Source: an uncultured Clostridia bacterium
GTDB taxonomy: Bacteria > Bacillota > Clostridia > Oscillospirales > Acutalibacteraceae
DNA length: 64,000 nucleotides
Assembly (NCBI GenBank): GCA_947627135.1
Contig: CANQUV010000014.1
Coordinates: 10,533 to 74,532 of the forward strand
Direction of reading: 5' to 3'
The notes beneath the pieces are model-generated. The model was not told the DNA's origin. It worked only from the letters and a program-made list of their open reading frames with translations, and ran no database searches. Shown one piece after another: positions 10,298 through 16,936 of this stretch (positions are counted from its first letter, which is position 1; every line of letters begins with the position of its first letter). The position numbers and the translations under genes were made by a program.

Positions 10298-10888
10298 ATG
10301 ATTGCGGAAATTTCAGAAAAGATCTCATCTTTTATTTTAAGCAATTCCGATAACAGCAATAAAGAACTTAAAAGTATTTATAAATACGGTATAGAAATTT
10401 TTATTTCTTCTCTACTTAATATATTTTTAATTTTTATTATTGGCTTTGTTACTGATACTTTAATTCAAAGTCTTTGGTTTTTGATTTGTTTTATTCCTTT
10501 GAGACAATTTACCGGAGGATGGCATGCAAATACTTACTTTAAATGTAATCTAATATTTTGTATATCATATATACTTATAATTCTGTTTTCATTTTTATTT
10601 TCTCATATTGAAAACGCATATCTTATCTTTATACTGCTCTTAACAGGTTTATTGCCTGTAATAATTTTAAGTCCTGTTGAAAATAAAAATAAAAAAATTA
10701 AAAATAGAAAAAAATTAAAATTTTTAAGTACTGTATTGTATATCATATTTTCTATAACAAGTCTTTGCTTTTACTTTTTTTATAAGGAGATATCTTTTAT
10801 AATATTATTTACACTGTTGTGTGTATCAATTGCAGTAATTGCAGGGCGTTTATCAGAAGTTCTACAAACCTTTAATCGACAAAGTTAG
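10298..10888 (+). CDS. agrB: AgrB-family accessory gene regulator B (AgrD-processing membrane peptidase)
   Basis: Polytopic membrane protein with LRQFTGGWHANTYFKC. His and Cys are 7 residues apart, as in the S. aureus AgrB catalytic pair (HAPSSFWC). GAAGG RBS precedes the ATG at 10298. The ORF-track start at 10235 would overlap the promoter. Confidence 0.8.
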   Translation: MIAEISEKISSFILSNSDNSNKELKSIYKYGIEIFISSLLNIFLIFIIGFVTDTLIQSLWFLICFIPLRQFTGGWHANTYFKCNLIFCISYILIILFSFLFSHIENAYLIFILLLTGLLPVIILSPVENKNKKIKNRKKLKFLSTVLYIIFSITSLCFYFFYKEISFIILFTLLCVSIAVIAGRLSEVLQTFNRQS

Positions 10889-10904
10889 ATAAAATAATAC
10901 AAAC

Positions 10905-10970
10905 TTTGCCTAAATTATACATATTATGCCTAAATCATTGACTTTATAATTAAATAATTTATTCTAAAAT
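10905..10970 (+). promoter_or_regulatory. putative AgrA(LytTR)-dependent promoter driving an intergenic transcript
   Basis: Direct repeats TTGCCTAAAT and ATGCCTAAAT with G at 10908 and 10928 (20-bp period). -35 TTGACT at 10938-10943, 10 bp from the proximal repeat. -10 TAAAAT at 10965-10970 with a 21-bp spacer. About 27 of 41 positions match the agrD promoter module, including the blocks TTGCC, TACATATT, TGCC and ATTGA. Confidence 0.55.
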
Positions 10971-10977
10971 TACCAAA

Positions 10978-11228
10978 GTAATGTAGCCTATTAAATTAAT
11001 TTTTAATTTACTATCTTTTGCACAACAGTCCTGCTGCATTACTTGGGTCAATTTCGGACCATGGTGTTTGTAATTCTTTGTAAAGGATGCGGCTTTTGCA
11101 TGAAGTGTTGTCGGCTCCTTCTTCAATTTCGACAACTCAGTTTTATAAACGAGGGCGTATAATTCTTTTTTCTGTTGTGCTTTTACGATAGACTAAAGAC
11201 CTTCCCGCATCGGAAGGTCTTTGTGTTA
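10978..11228 (+). ncRNA. candidate quorum-sensing-controlled small RNA (ends approximate)
   Basis: Bounded by the promoter module above and the intrinsic terminator at 11198-11228. Closing helix GCACAACAG (11020-11028) / CTGTTGTGC (11172-11180). Internal hairpin GTTGTCG/CGACAAC (11107-11136) has a 16-nt CU-rich loop GCUCCUUCUUCAAUUU. No ORF has a usable RBS. Confidence 0.4.
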
Positions 11229-11229
11229 A
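11198..11229 (+). terminator. intrinsic terminator of the candidate RNA / agrB read-through
   Basis: Hairpin AGACCTTCC-CGCAT-CGGAAGGTCT followed by TTTGTGTT on the plus strand. Confidence 0.7.
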
Positions 11230-11261
11230 GCTTTTTATATTTTCATTTTCCTTTTTACCCT

Positions 11262-11300
11262 AAACAGACTAATTGATCGATCGGTCAATTAGTCTGTTTT
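11262..11300. terminator. bidirectional terminator (terminates agrC on the minus strand)
   Basis: Near-perfect 15-bp stem AAACAGACTAATTGA / TCAATTAGTCTGTTT, flanked by T-runs on both strands. Confidence 0.75.
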
Positions 11301-11333
11301 ACTTTTAATGCCGGTTTGTAATAATATAATTTT

Positions 11334-12662
11334 TTAATCTGTTCTTAGAATTACAGTTACGCAAAACATATTGTCGGGACTTTCGTATATATCAAGTTTT
11401 CCGTTGTATTTATTTACAATATGATTTACAGAAGTGAAACCAAATCCATGCTTTGATGAATCTTTCTTAGAAGTTAAAAGCTTAGAATTATTTTTCAACA
11501 CGGATTTTTCAATTGAATTTTTAATGGATAGAGTCATCATATCGTTATCAGCGCTTATTTGTATTTTTATGTATCTTTCATTTGATGTGATCTTTTCGCA
11601 GGCTTCAATGGCATTATCAAGTAAATTGCCCAGAAGATTACATAAATCAATATCATCAATATTAATAATATACTTGCTTGACTGCACAAACACATTTATA
11701 CCCACACTTTTTGCATAAATTATTTTAGAATTAATAATTGCATTTACAGTCTCATTATCTGTGCAGACTGTTCCTCCTAAAAACACCTGTTGGTGAAGAA
11801 GCGTTGAAATATATTTTTGAGTTTCTTCAATTTTTCCTTGTTTAAGCTGCGCTTCTATTACAAACAAATTATGCTTTAAATCGTGGCGAATGGTTTTAAT
11901 TTCTTTTTCCTCAAGTTTTATATTCTCCACATAATGAGCCTGATACTCATTTTGAAGTTTCAAGAGTTTATTTTCTGATTCAATATAGTTCGTGCGACTG
12001 AGCCTGACAATCATATAAAATGAAACAATATTCAGTATAACCAGACATAACAGTCCAAATAAGGCAAGAATTTTACCCATTTCATTGAGTTTGTTCTCAA
12101 TATTTATTAAGTCAATGATTGTAAAAACTGCAGTTGAAATTAAAAATGTTGTTATAATTGAAATCCATTCACTGAAACTCATACTGAACTTTTTTTCTTT
12201 TTCAAAAACTTTCTGAATTACAAGTAATAAATAATAGAGTAAAAACTTTGTAATTACAACAGTAAAGGTACGATAAATACTTTGCTGATAAATTAAATTT
12301 TCGAGCCCCTCTCCGCAAATTGTGGAAACTGCTGTTGCAACAACACTATTTACAATAATTATACTTACAATGGGAATAAGCGACACAATAAACTTTATGG
12401 GAATACTTCCGTTTAAGTAAAGCAAACAGAAAATGAATACAATAGTTGAATATAGCACTGCCCCAAAGCTTTCAAATTCAGTTATGCTGTTGACTGCTGT
12501 TACAAGTAAAGAAAACAACAACCAAAAAATCCAAAAGCCCATTATAAATTTTTTGCCGTTTACTTTTTTGCCCAAAAATTCTTTGGCAAAATTTAAAATA
12601 ATAAGGGTTTCAAAACAAGTTGCCAATATTTCAAATACATACCAACAAATTTTTTCCATCAT
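11334..12662 (-). CDS. agrC: AgrC-like sensor histidine kinase (HPK10 family, GHKL ATPase)
   Basis: About 6 N-terminal TM helices. H-box IRHDLKHNL, N-box NLLDNAIEA, G-box HGFGFTSV. Its start overlaps the stop of the LytTR regulator by 4 nt. Confidence 0.8.
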   Translation of the reverse strand: MMEKICWYVFEILATCFETLIILNFAKEFLGKKVNGKKFIMGFWIFWLLFSLLVTAVNSITEFESFGAVLYSTIVFIFCLLYLNGSIPIKFIVSLIPIVSIIIVNSVVATAVSTICGEGLENLIYQQSIYRTFTVVITKFLLYYLLLVIQKVFEKEKKFSMSFSEWISIITTFLISTAVFTIIDLINIENKLNEMGKILALFGLLCLVILNIVSFYMIVRLSRTNYIESENKLLKLQNEYQAHYVENIKLEEKEIKTIRHDLKHNLFVIEAQLKQGKIEETQKYISTLLHQQVFLGGTVCTDNETVNAIINSKIIYAKSVGINVFVQSSKYIINIDDIDLCNLLGNLLDNAIEACEKITSNERYIKIQISADNDMMTLSIKNSIEKSVLKNNSKLLTSKKDSSKHGFGFTSVNHIVNKYNGKLDIYESPDNMFCVTVILRTD

Positions 12663-13381
12663 ATAGTTTTCCTCAAATAATCCGTAAATTTTTCATCCGC
12701 AAAATTTTTATGATTTCGACTTATTTCAAGCCGTTCACCGTTTTTTAAAATTAAAATTTCTCTTCGTTTGTCAACAAACTGAACATATTTTAAGTTTACC
12801 AAATATCTCTGATGAATTTTGATAAAATCATATTCTTCAAATTCTTTGTCTTTGTCTTTCATAACATCTCTTACTTTTATAACTTTATCATTTGATAAAT
12901 GATATTCTATGTAATGTCTGTCACTTTTAAGATATAGTATATCCATATAAGAAACAACTGTATTAATACCTTCCGCATTTAAAATAAGTGACTTGTTTTG
13001 CTTGTTGAACAAAAGTAGTTTTTCAATAACTTTTCTAATATTATTTTTTATATTATTTGATCCGTCTTTTCTAATAAAATAAAAGGGTTGGTAGTTAAAG
13101 CTGTCATATACAAGTTCATCTTTTGATGTTATAAAAATAATTATTGCATCCCTGGAATCCTTTCTTATTTTTTCCGCAATTTTAAATCCATCTATATCCG
13201 GCATTGAAATATCAAGAAAAAATACATCGTAATGTTCCTTGCCAAGATCTTTTAAAAGTTTTATGCTGTCATTAAATGGAGTAATTTTTGCTGAAGATTT
13301 ATGTTTTTTAAATTCATCACAAACAGTCAGATATATGAAATCCAATGACGACGGATTATCGTCACAAATAGCTATTTTCAT
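12659..13381 (-). CDS. agrA: AgrA-like response regulator (REC + LytTR DNA-binding domain)
   Basis: N-terminus MKIAICDDN, phospho-acceptor region FLDISMPDIDG, and a C-terminal LytTR-type domain (...HQRYLVNLKYV...). AAGGAGGG RBS. Confidence 0.85.
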   Translation of the reverse strand: MKIAICDDNPSSLDFIYLTVCDEFKKHKSSAKITPFNDSIKLLKDLGKEHYDVFFLDISMPDIDGFKIAEKIRKDSRDAIIIFITSKDELVYDSFNYQPFYFIRKDGSNNIKNNIRKVIEKLLLFNKQNKSLILNAEGINTVVSYMDILYLKSDRHYIEYHLSNDKVIKVRDVMKDKDKEFEEYDFIKIHQRYLVNLKYVQFVDKRREILILKNGERLEISRNHKNFADEKFTDYLRKTI

Positions 13382-13435
13382 AATTACCCTCCTTATCTAC
13401 TCATCATTAAAATACAATTATATGTAACTAAAATA

Positions 13436-13494
13436 ATTATATCATTATTTGTCATTTTTTCAATAATAGGCGCAAAACAACCGTAAATGTACAA
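13436..13494 (-). promoter_or_regulatory. putative promoter of agrA-agrC with weaker LytTR-like half-sites
   Basis: On the minus strand: -35 TTGAAA (13458-13463), 16-bp spacer, -10 TATAAT (13436-13441). Half-site TTGCGC lies 10 bp upstream of the -35, and TTGTAC lies 19 bp further upstream. Confidence 0.35.
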
Positions 13495-13516
13495 TTTATT
13501 ATGTTTATAAAACATT

Positions 13517-13579
13517 TCTTGCCATAATATTACATATTTTGCCAGTTTAATTGAACATTTATACAAAGCATAGTAAAAT
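13517..13579 (+). promoter_or_regulatory. putative AgrA(LytTR)-dependent promoter of agrD
   Basis: Repeats CTTGCCATAA and TTTGCCAGTT with G at 13521 and 13541 (20-bp period). -35 TTGAAC at 13551-13556, 10 bp from the proximal repeat. 17-bp spacer, then -10 TAAAAT at 13574-13579. Confidence 0.55.
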
Positions 13580-13632
13580 ATTTTCACAAATAAATGATAG
13601 TTTTCTATTATAAAACGAAGGAGGTAAAAATT

Positions 13633-13773
13633 ATGAAGTTTAAAAGAACACTTGCAAATGCAGTTGAGTCTGTATCTGTAAAAATGGCTAAAGCAGCTCA
13701 AGGCAGTGCATCAATCTTTGGTTTTCATCAGCCTAAAGAGCCTGATATGTCTAAACTTACAGAAAAGAAGTAA
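13633..13773 (+). CDS. agrD: AgrD-like autoinducing peptide precursor (46 aa, below the ORF-track cutoff)
   Basis: AGGAGG lies 8 nt upstream of the ATG. Product: MKFKRTLANAVESVSVKMAKAAQGSASIFGFHQPKEPDMSKLTEKK. It has an amphipathic N-terminus, a five-residue SIFGF segment, then the charged HQPKEP tail typical of clostridial AgrD C-termini. An intrinsic terminator follows. Confidence 0.7.
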   Translation: MKFKRTLANAVESVSVKMAKAAQGSASIFGFHQPKEPDMSKLTEKK

Positions 13774-13785
13774 TTAAATTTTAAA

Positions 13786-13822
13786 AAGAGAGTAACAGCA
13801 TTTAAGGCTGTTACTCTTTTTT
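13786..13822. terminator. bidirectional terminator (agrD on plus, Zn-ribbon membrane gene on minus)
   Basis: Stem AGAGAGTAACAGC / GCTGTTACTCT followed by a T-run. Abuts the stop of the minus-strand gene at 13825. Confidence 0.75.
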
Positions 13823-13824
13823 TA

Positions 13825-14235
13825 TTAAAATAAAATATTCTTTTTAAATTGGTGCCTGCATTTTGGGCAGCGAACTGTATGAACTCCCTTTTTTCTGGGA
13901 ACTCTCAACTGTGCCTTGCAATTGGGACATTTAAAGTAACATAAGCTCTTAATATCTCTGATCTTTTTTATTTGAAATGAAAAAAATGAATTAACCTTTT
14001 TATAAACAGGTAAAAACTTGTTATTTTCATACAATCTTTTTGTAATATTTTTAGATAACGATCTGTAAAGGCATAATCCTAAAAAAAACAGACCTATTAT
14101 ACTTAAAATCCAATTTCTGAAAAAAAGGTTTATTACAAAAATTATTCCCCACAGAATCAGTAAAAAAGTATTGAGCTGGTCGTTACCATAACGACCCTGC
14201 ATAAAATAATACAGTTTTTGTATTAACATTCTCAT
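13825..14235 (-). CDS. small membrane protein with C-terminal zinc ribbon
   Basis: Two hydrophobic helices, then CPNC...(17 aa)...CPKC. Confidence 0.5.
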   Translation of the reverse strand: MRMLIQKLYYFMQGRYGNDQLNTFLLILWGIIFVINLFFRNWILSIIGLFFLGLCLYRSLSKNITKRLYENNKFLPVYKKVNSFFSFQIKKIRDIKSLCYFKCPNCKAQLRVPRKKGVHTVRCPKCRHQFKKNILF

Positions 14236-14321
14236 ATAGAATTATCCTTTCTGTATGATATAAGCTAATACTAGCACATTTTTATTTAAACAACAATATA
14301 CATATCATAATTTTTATAAAA

Positions 14322-15512
14322 TCACTTTAATATTTCTTCCGCAAGCTGATTAAGCGCTTCCATATCTGATGATTTAAGTGAGGATTTTATAGTTAAACTG
14401 CTGTCTATAACTTCTATTTTCATAGTTTCCAAAATTTCAAGCATTTGCTTTCTTGCAGACGCTGCCCAGCTTCCGTTATCAAAAACGGCTACTTTTCTGT
14501 TCTTTAATGCGTGAGCCTTTAAATCAAGCAACAAGGTTTCCATTTTCGGATAAATACCTCCATTATAGGTAGGTGCTGCAAAAACAATTCTCTTGTATTT
14601 AAATGCGTCGCTTAAAATATAAGATACATCAGTCTTGGAAACATCGTAAACCTTAATGTTTTTAACGCCCTTTTCTGCAAGTAATGTTGCCAGTACATTA
14701 ACCGCATTTTCAGTATTCCCGTACATTGAAGCATAAGCGATTAATACTGAATCAAGTTCAGGCTCATAAAGACTCCATTTATTATATTTATCAATGATAT
14801 ATTCAAGGTTTGTTCTCCATACGGGACCGTGTAAAGGACAAATCATTTTTATATCAATTTCTGAAGCTTTTTTCAAAACTGCCTGAACCTGTGCACCGTA
14901 TTTGCCTACAATATTTGTATAGTAGCGGCGTGCCTCCTCTAAAAATTCAGCTTCAAAATCATATTCATCGTTAAATATATTTCCGCCTAGTGCCCCAAAT
15001 GTACCGAATGCGTCTGCGGCAAACAAAGCTTTTGTATATATATCATAGGTAAGCATAACCTCCGGCCAATGTACCATCGGCGCATTTACAAATGTAAGGG
15101 TATGCTTGCCAAGCTCAAGGTTGTCTCCCTCTTTTACTGCAATAAAACGATTTATTACTTCAATATCGTAAAACTGTTCAATCATTTTGAGCGTTTTTAC
15201 ATTACCCACAACCTTAACTTCCGGGTATCTTAATATAAGTTCGTCCAGGTTTGAACAATGGTCAGGTTCCATGTGGTTTATTACAACATAGTCAAGTTTT
15301 CTGCCGTTTAATACACCTGCAATATTGTCAAATCCCTGCTTGCTTACACTGTCATCCATTAAATCAAGAAGTGCAGTCTTTTCATCTGCAATTATATAAG
15401 AGTTATAGGAAACGCCTTTTGGAATCGGAAAAATATTTTCAAATAATGCAAGTCTTCTGTCGCTTACTCCAACATAAAATGTGTCTTCTGTAATTTTTCT
15501 TGTAAAATACAT
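14322..15512 (-). CDS. FprA-type flavodiiron protein (metallo-beta-lactamase fold + flavodoxin domain)
   Basis: Diiron motif HMEPDH and a C-terminal flavodoxin-like domain (LIAYASMYGNTE). 396 aa. Confidence 0.85.
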   Translation of the reverse strand: MYFTRKITEDTFYVGVSDRRLALFENIFPIPKGVSYNSYIIADEKTALLDLMDDSVSKQGFDNIAGVLNGRKLDYVVINHMEPDHCSNLDELILRYPEVKVVGNVKTLKMIEQFYDIEVINRFIAVKEGDNLELGKHTLTFVNAPMVHWPEVMLTYDIYTKALFAADAFGTFGALGGNIFNDEYDFEAEFLEEARRYYTNIVGKYGAQVQAVLKKASEIDIKMICPLHGPVWRTNLEYIIDKYNKWSLYEPELDSVLIAYASMYGNTENAVNVLATLLAEKGVKNIKVYDVSKTDVSYILSDAFKYKRIVFAAPTYNGGIYPKMETLLLDLKAHALKNRKVAVFDNGSWAASARKQMLEILETMKIEVIDSSLTIKSSLKSSDMEALNQLAEEILK

Positions 15513-15698
15513 AATACCACCGCCAAATAATAATTATTATTATTTTATCCGATTTTTCAAATAATATCCAAAATTTTCAAAATAATTATACCACAAAAAT
15601 GCTTATTATTGTTCTATATGAGAATTTATTTTACAACTGTATAAAATGAAAAAATACAAGCAAAATAATATATATAGAAATCAGAAAGGTTTGATATT

Positions 15699-16643
15699 AT
15701 GTCTAAAAGCGGAAGAAAAGTAGTTTTAATCGGCACAGGAATGGTTGGAATGAGCTTTGCTTATGCTTCTTTAAACCAAAATGTATGCAGTGAGCTTGTT
15801 TTATGCGACATAAACGAGAAAAAAGCCATTGGCGAAGCACAGGACTTAAACCACGGACTTGCCTTTTCAAATTCAAGCATGAGAATTTATCAAGGCAGTT
15901 ATGAAGACTGCAAAGATGCAGAAGTTGTGGTTATATGTGCAGGAGTAAACCAAAAGCCCAAGGAATCACGTCTTGAACTTTTACAGAGAAATGTCCAGGT
16001 ATTTCAGTCAATTGTTGAGCCGGTAGTAAAATCAGGTTTTGACGGTATTTTTCTTGTAGCAACGAATCCTGTTGATATTATGACAAGCGTTACTTGTTCA
16101 CTTTCCGGCTTTGAGCCTACAAGGGTTATCGGAACAGGAACAACTCTTGACACAGCAAGACTGCGATATTTATTAGGCAGCTATTTTGAAGTAAGTCCTC
16201 AAAATGTTCACGCTTATGTTATAGGCGAACACGGTGACAGCGAATTTACACCATGGTCGCAGGCACTGGTCTCAACAAAGCCGGTACTTGATATTGTTGA
16301 AGATAACGCCAATCTATACAATTTAGACAGCTTAAATGAAATAAGTGAAAATGTAAAAAATGCTGCGCAGGAAATTATTGCCGCAAAAGGTGCAACTTAT
16401 TACGGAATCGGCATGGCAACAGCAAGAATTGTAAGAGCTATATTATCTGATGAAAATTCTATTCTTACCACATCAGTTCTACTCGAGGGAGAATACGGAC
16501 AAAATGATGTATTTGTAGGAAATCCCAGTATAATAAACCACTCCGGAATAAGCAGAAAAATTGAGCTTTCATTAACAGATAACGAGCTTGAAAAGCTTAA
16601 TAATTCCTGCAATATTTTAAGAAAAAATTTAAACAGTATTTAA
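15699..16643 (+). CDS. ldh: L-lactate dehydrogenase
   Basis: KVVLIGTGMVGMS Rossmann motif, a GEHGDS catalytic-region motif, 314 aa. Confidence 0.9.
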   Translation: MSKSGRKVVLIGTGMVGMSFAYASLNQNVCSELVLCDINEKKAIGEAQDLNHGLAFSNSSMRIYQGSYEDCKDAEVVVICAGVNQKPKESRLELLQRNVQVFQSIVEPVVKSGFDGIFLVATNPVDIMTSVTCSLSGFEPTRVIGTGTTLDTARLRYLLGSYFEVSPQNVHAYVIGEHGDSEFTPWSQALVSTKPVLDIVEDNANLYNLDSLNEISENVKNAAQEIIAAKGATYYGIGMATARIVRAILSDENSILTTSVLLEGEYGQNDVFVGNPSIINHSGISRKIELSLTDNELEKLNNSCNILRKNLNSI

Positions 16644-16699
16644 ACTATACTAAAATATTTTTTGTTTTAACTTAAAATTAATAGCTTTCTATAATTTTA

Positions 16700-16740
16700 C
16701 CCCGATCGTTGTATATTAACAATCGGGGCAGTTTTATTTT
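16700..16740 (+). terminator. intrinsic terminator after ldh
   Basis: CCCCGATCGTTG / CAACAATCGGGG-type stem followed by TTTTATTTT. Confidence 0.7.
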
Positions 16741-16782
16741 TATTCATCTTTCGCTTTATATATAATACAGATTGTAAACAGT

Positions 16783-16841
16783 CGGGCAGAAAAGGCATTT
16801 TTTATATGGCGCTGTCTGCTCGAAAAAACAGCCCACCGGCT
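16783..16841 (+). repeat. intergenic hairpin-forming repeat, copy 1
   Basis: CGGGCAGAAAAGGCATTTTTTATATGGCGCTGTCTGCTCGAAAAAACAGCCCACCGGCT. Nearly identical to copy 2, which lies 94 bp downstream. Confidence 0.8.
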
Positions 16842-16876
16842 TTTGCAAAGTTTATTATAAACTGCCATGTAGCAAC

Positions 16877-16935
16877 CGGGCAGAAAAGATATTTTTTATA
16901 TGGTGCTGTCTGCTCGAAAAAACAGCCCACCGGCT
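16877..16935 (+). repeat. intergenic hairpin-forming repeat, copy 2
   Basis: CGGGCAGAAAAGATATTTTTTATATGGTGCTGTCTGCTCGAAAAAACAGCCCACCGGCT. Ends at the stop codon of the DHHW gene. On the minus strand it begins with the hairpin CAGCC-GGTG-GGCTG plus a T-run, which looks like a terminator. Confidence 0.8.
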
Positions 16936-16936
16936 G

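Noticed and set aside
11061-11162. Small ORFs inside the RNA candidate (33 aa Cys-rich MVFVILCKGCGFC..., 34 aa MRLLHEV..., 20 aa MKCCRLLL...; also a 17-aa minus-strand ORF MQKPHPLQRITNTMVRN)
   Set aside because: None has a properly spaced Shine-Dalgarno sequence. Spacing is 0 nt or at least 13 nt, or there is no purine tract at all. None resembles AgrD. They are kept only as something ribosome profiling could test.
10978-11228. Identity of the intergenic RNA candidate as 6S RNA or SRP RNA
   Set aside because: A terminal closing helix is present. However, I could not find the SRP domain IV motif (GGUCCGGAAGGAAGCAGC-like) on either strand. I also could not build the extended two-strand helix with a central bubble expected of 6S RNA. 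The family is left unassigned.
13393-13701. 102-aa minus-strand track ORF covering the agrA-agrD intergenic region
   Set aside because: It has no RBS and a Cys/Tyr/Phe/Ile-rich composition typical of AT-rich noise. It overlaps both proposed promoters and lies antisense to the much better supported agrD ORF (RBS, family-like tail, terminator).
8526-14235. Genomic island integrated at tRNA-Pro carrying the agr locus
   Set aside because: The region is AT-rich and accessory-looking and starts right after a tRNA. However, I found no integrase, no recombinase and no direct repeat of the tRNA 3' end, so the idea is unsupported.
15513-15698. Rex operator between fprA and ldh
   Set aside because: The redox-related neighbours suggested it, but no TTGTGAA-N6-TTCACAA-like dyad is present.
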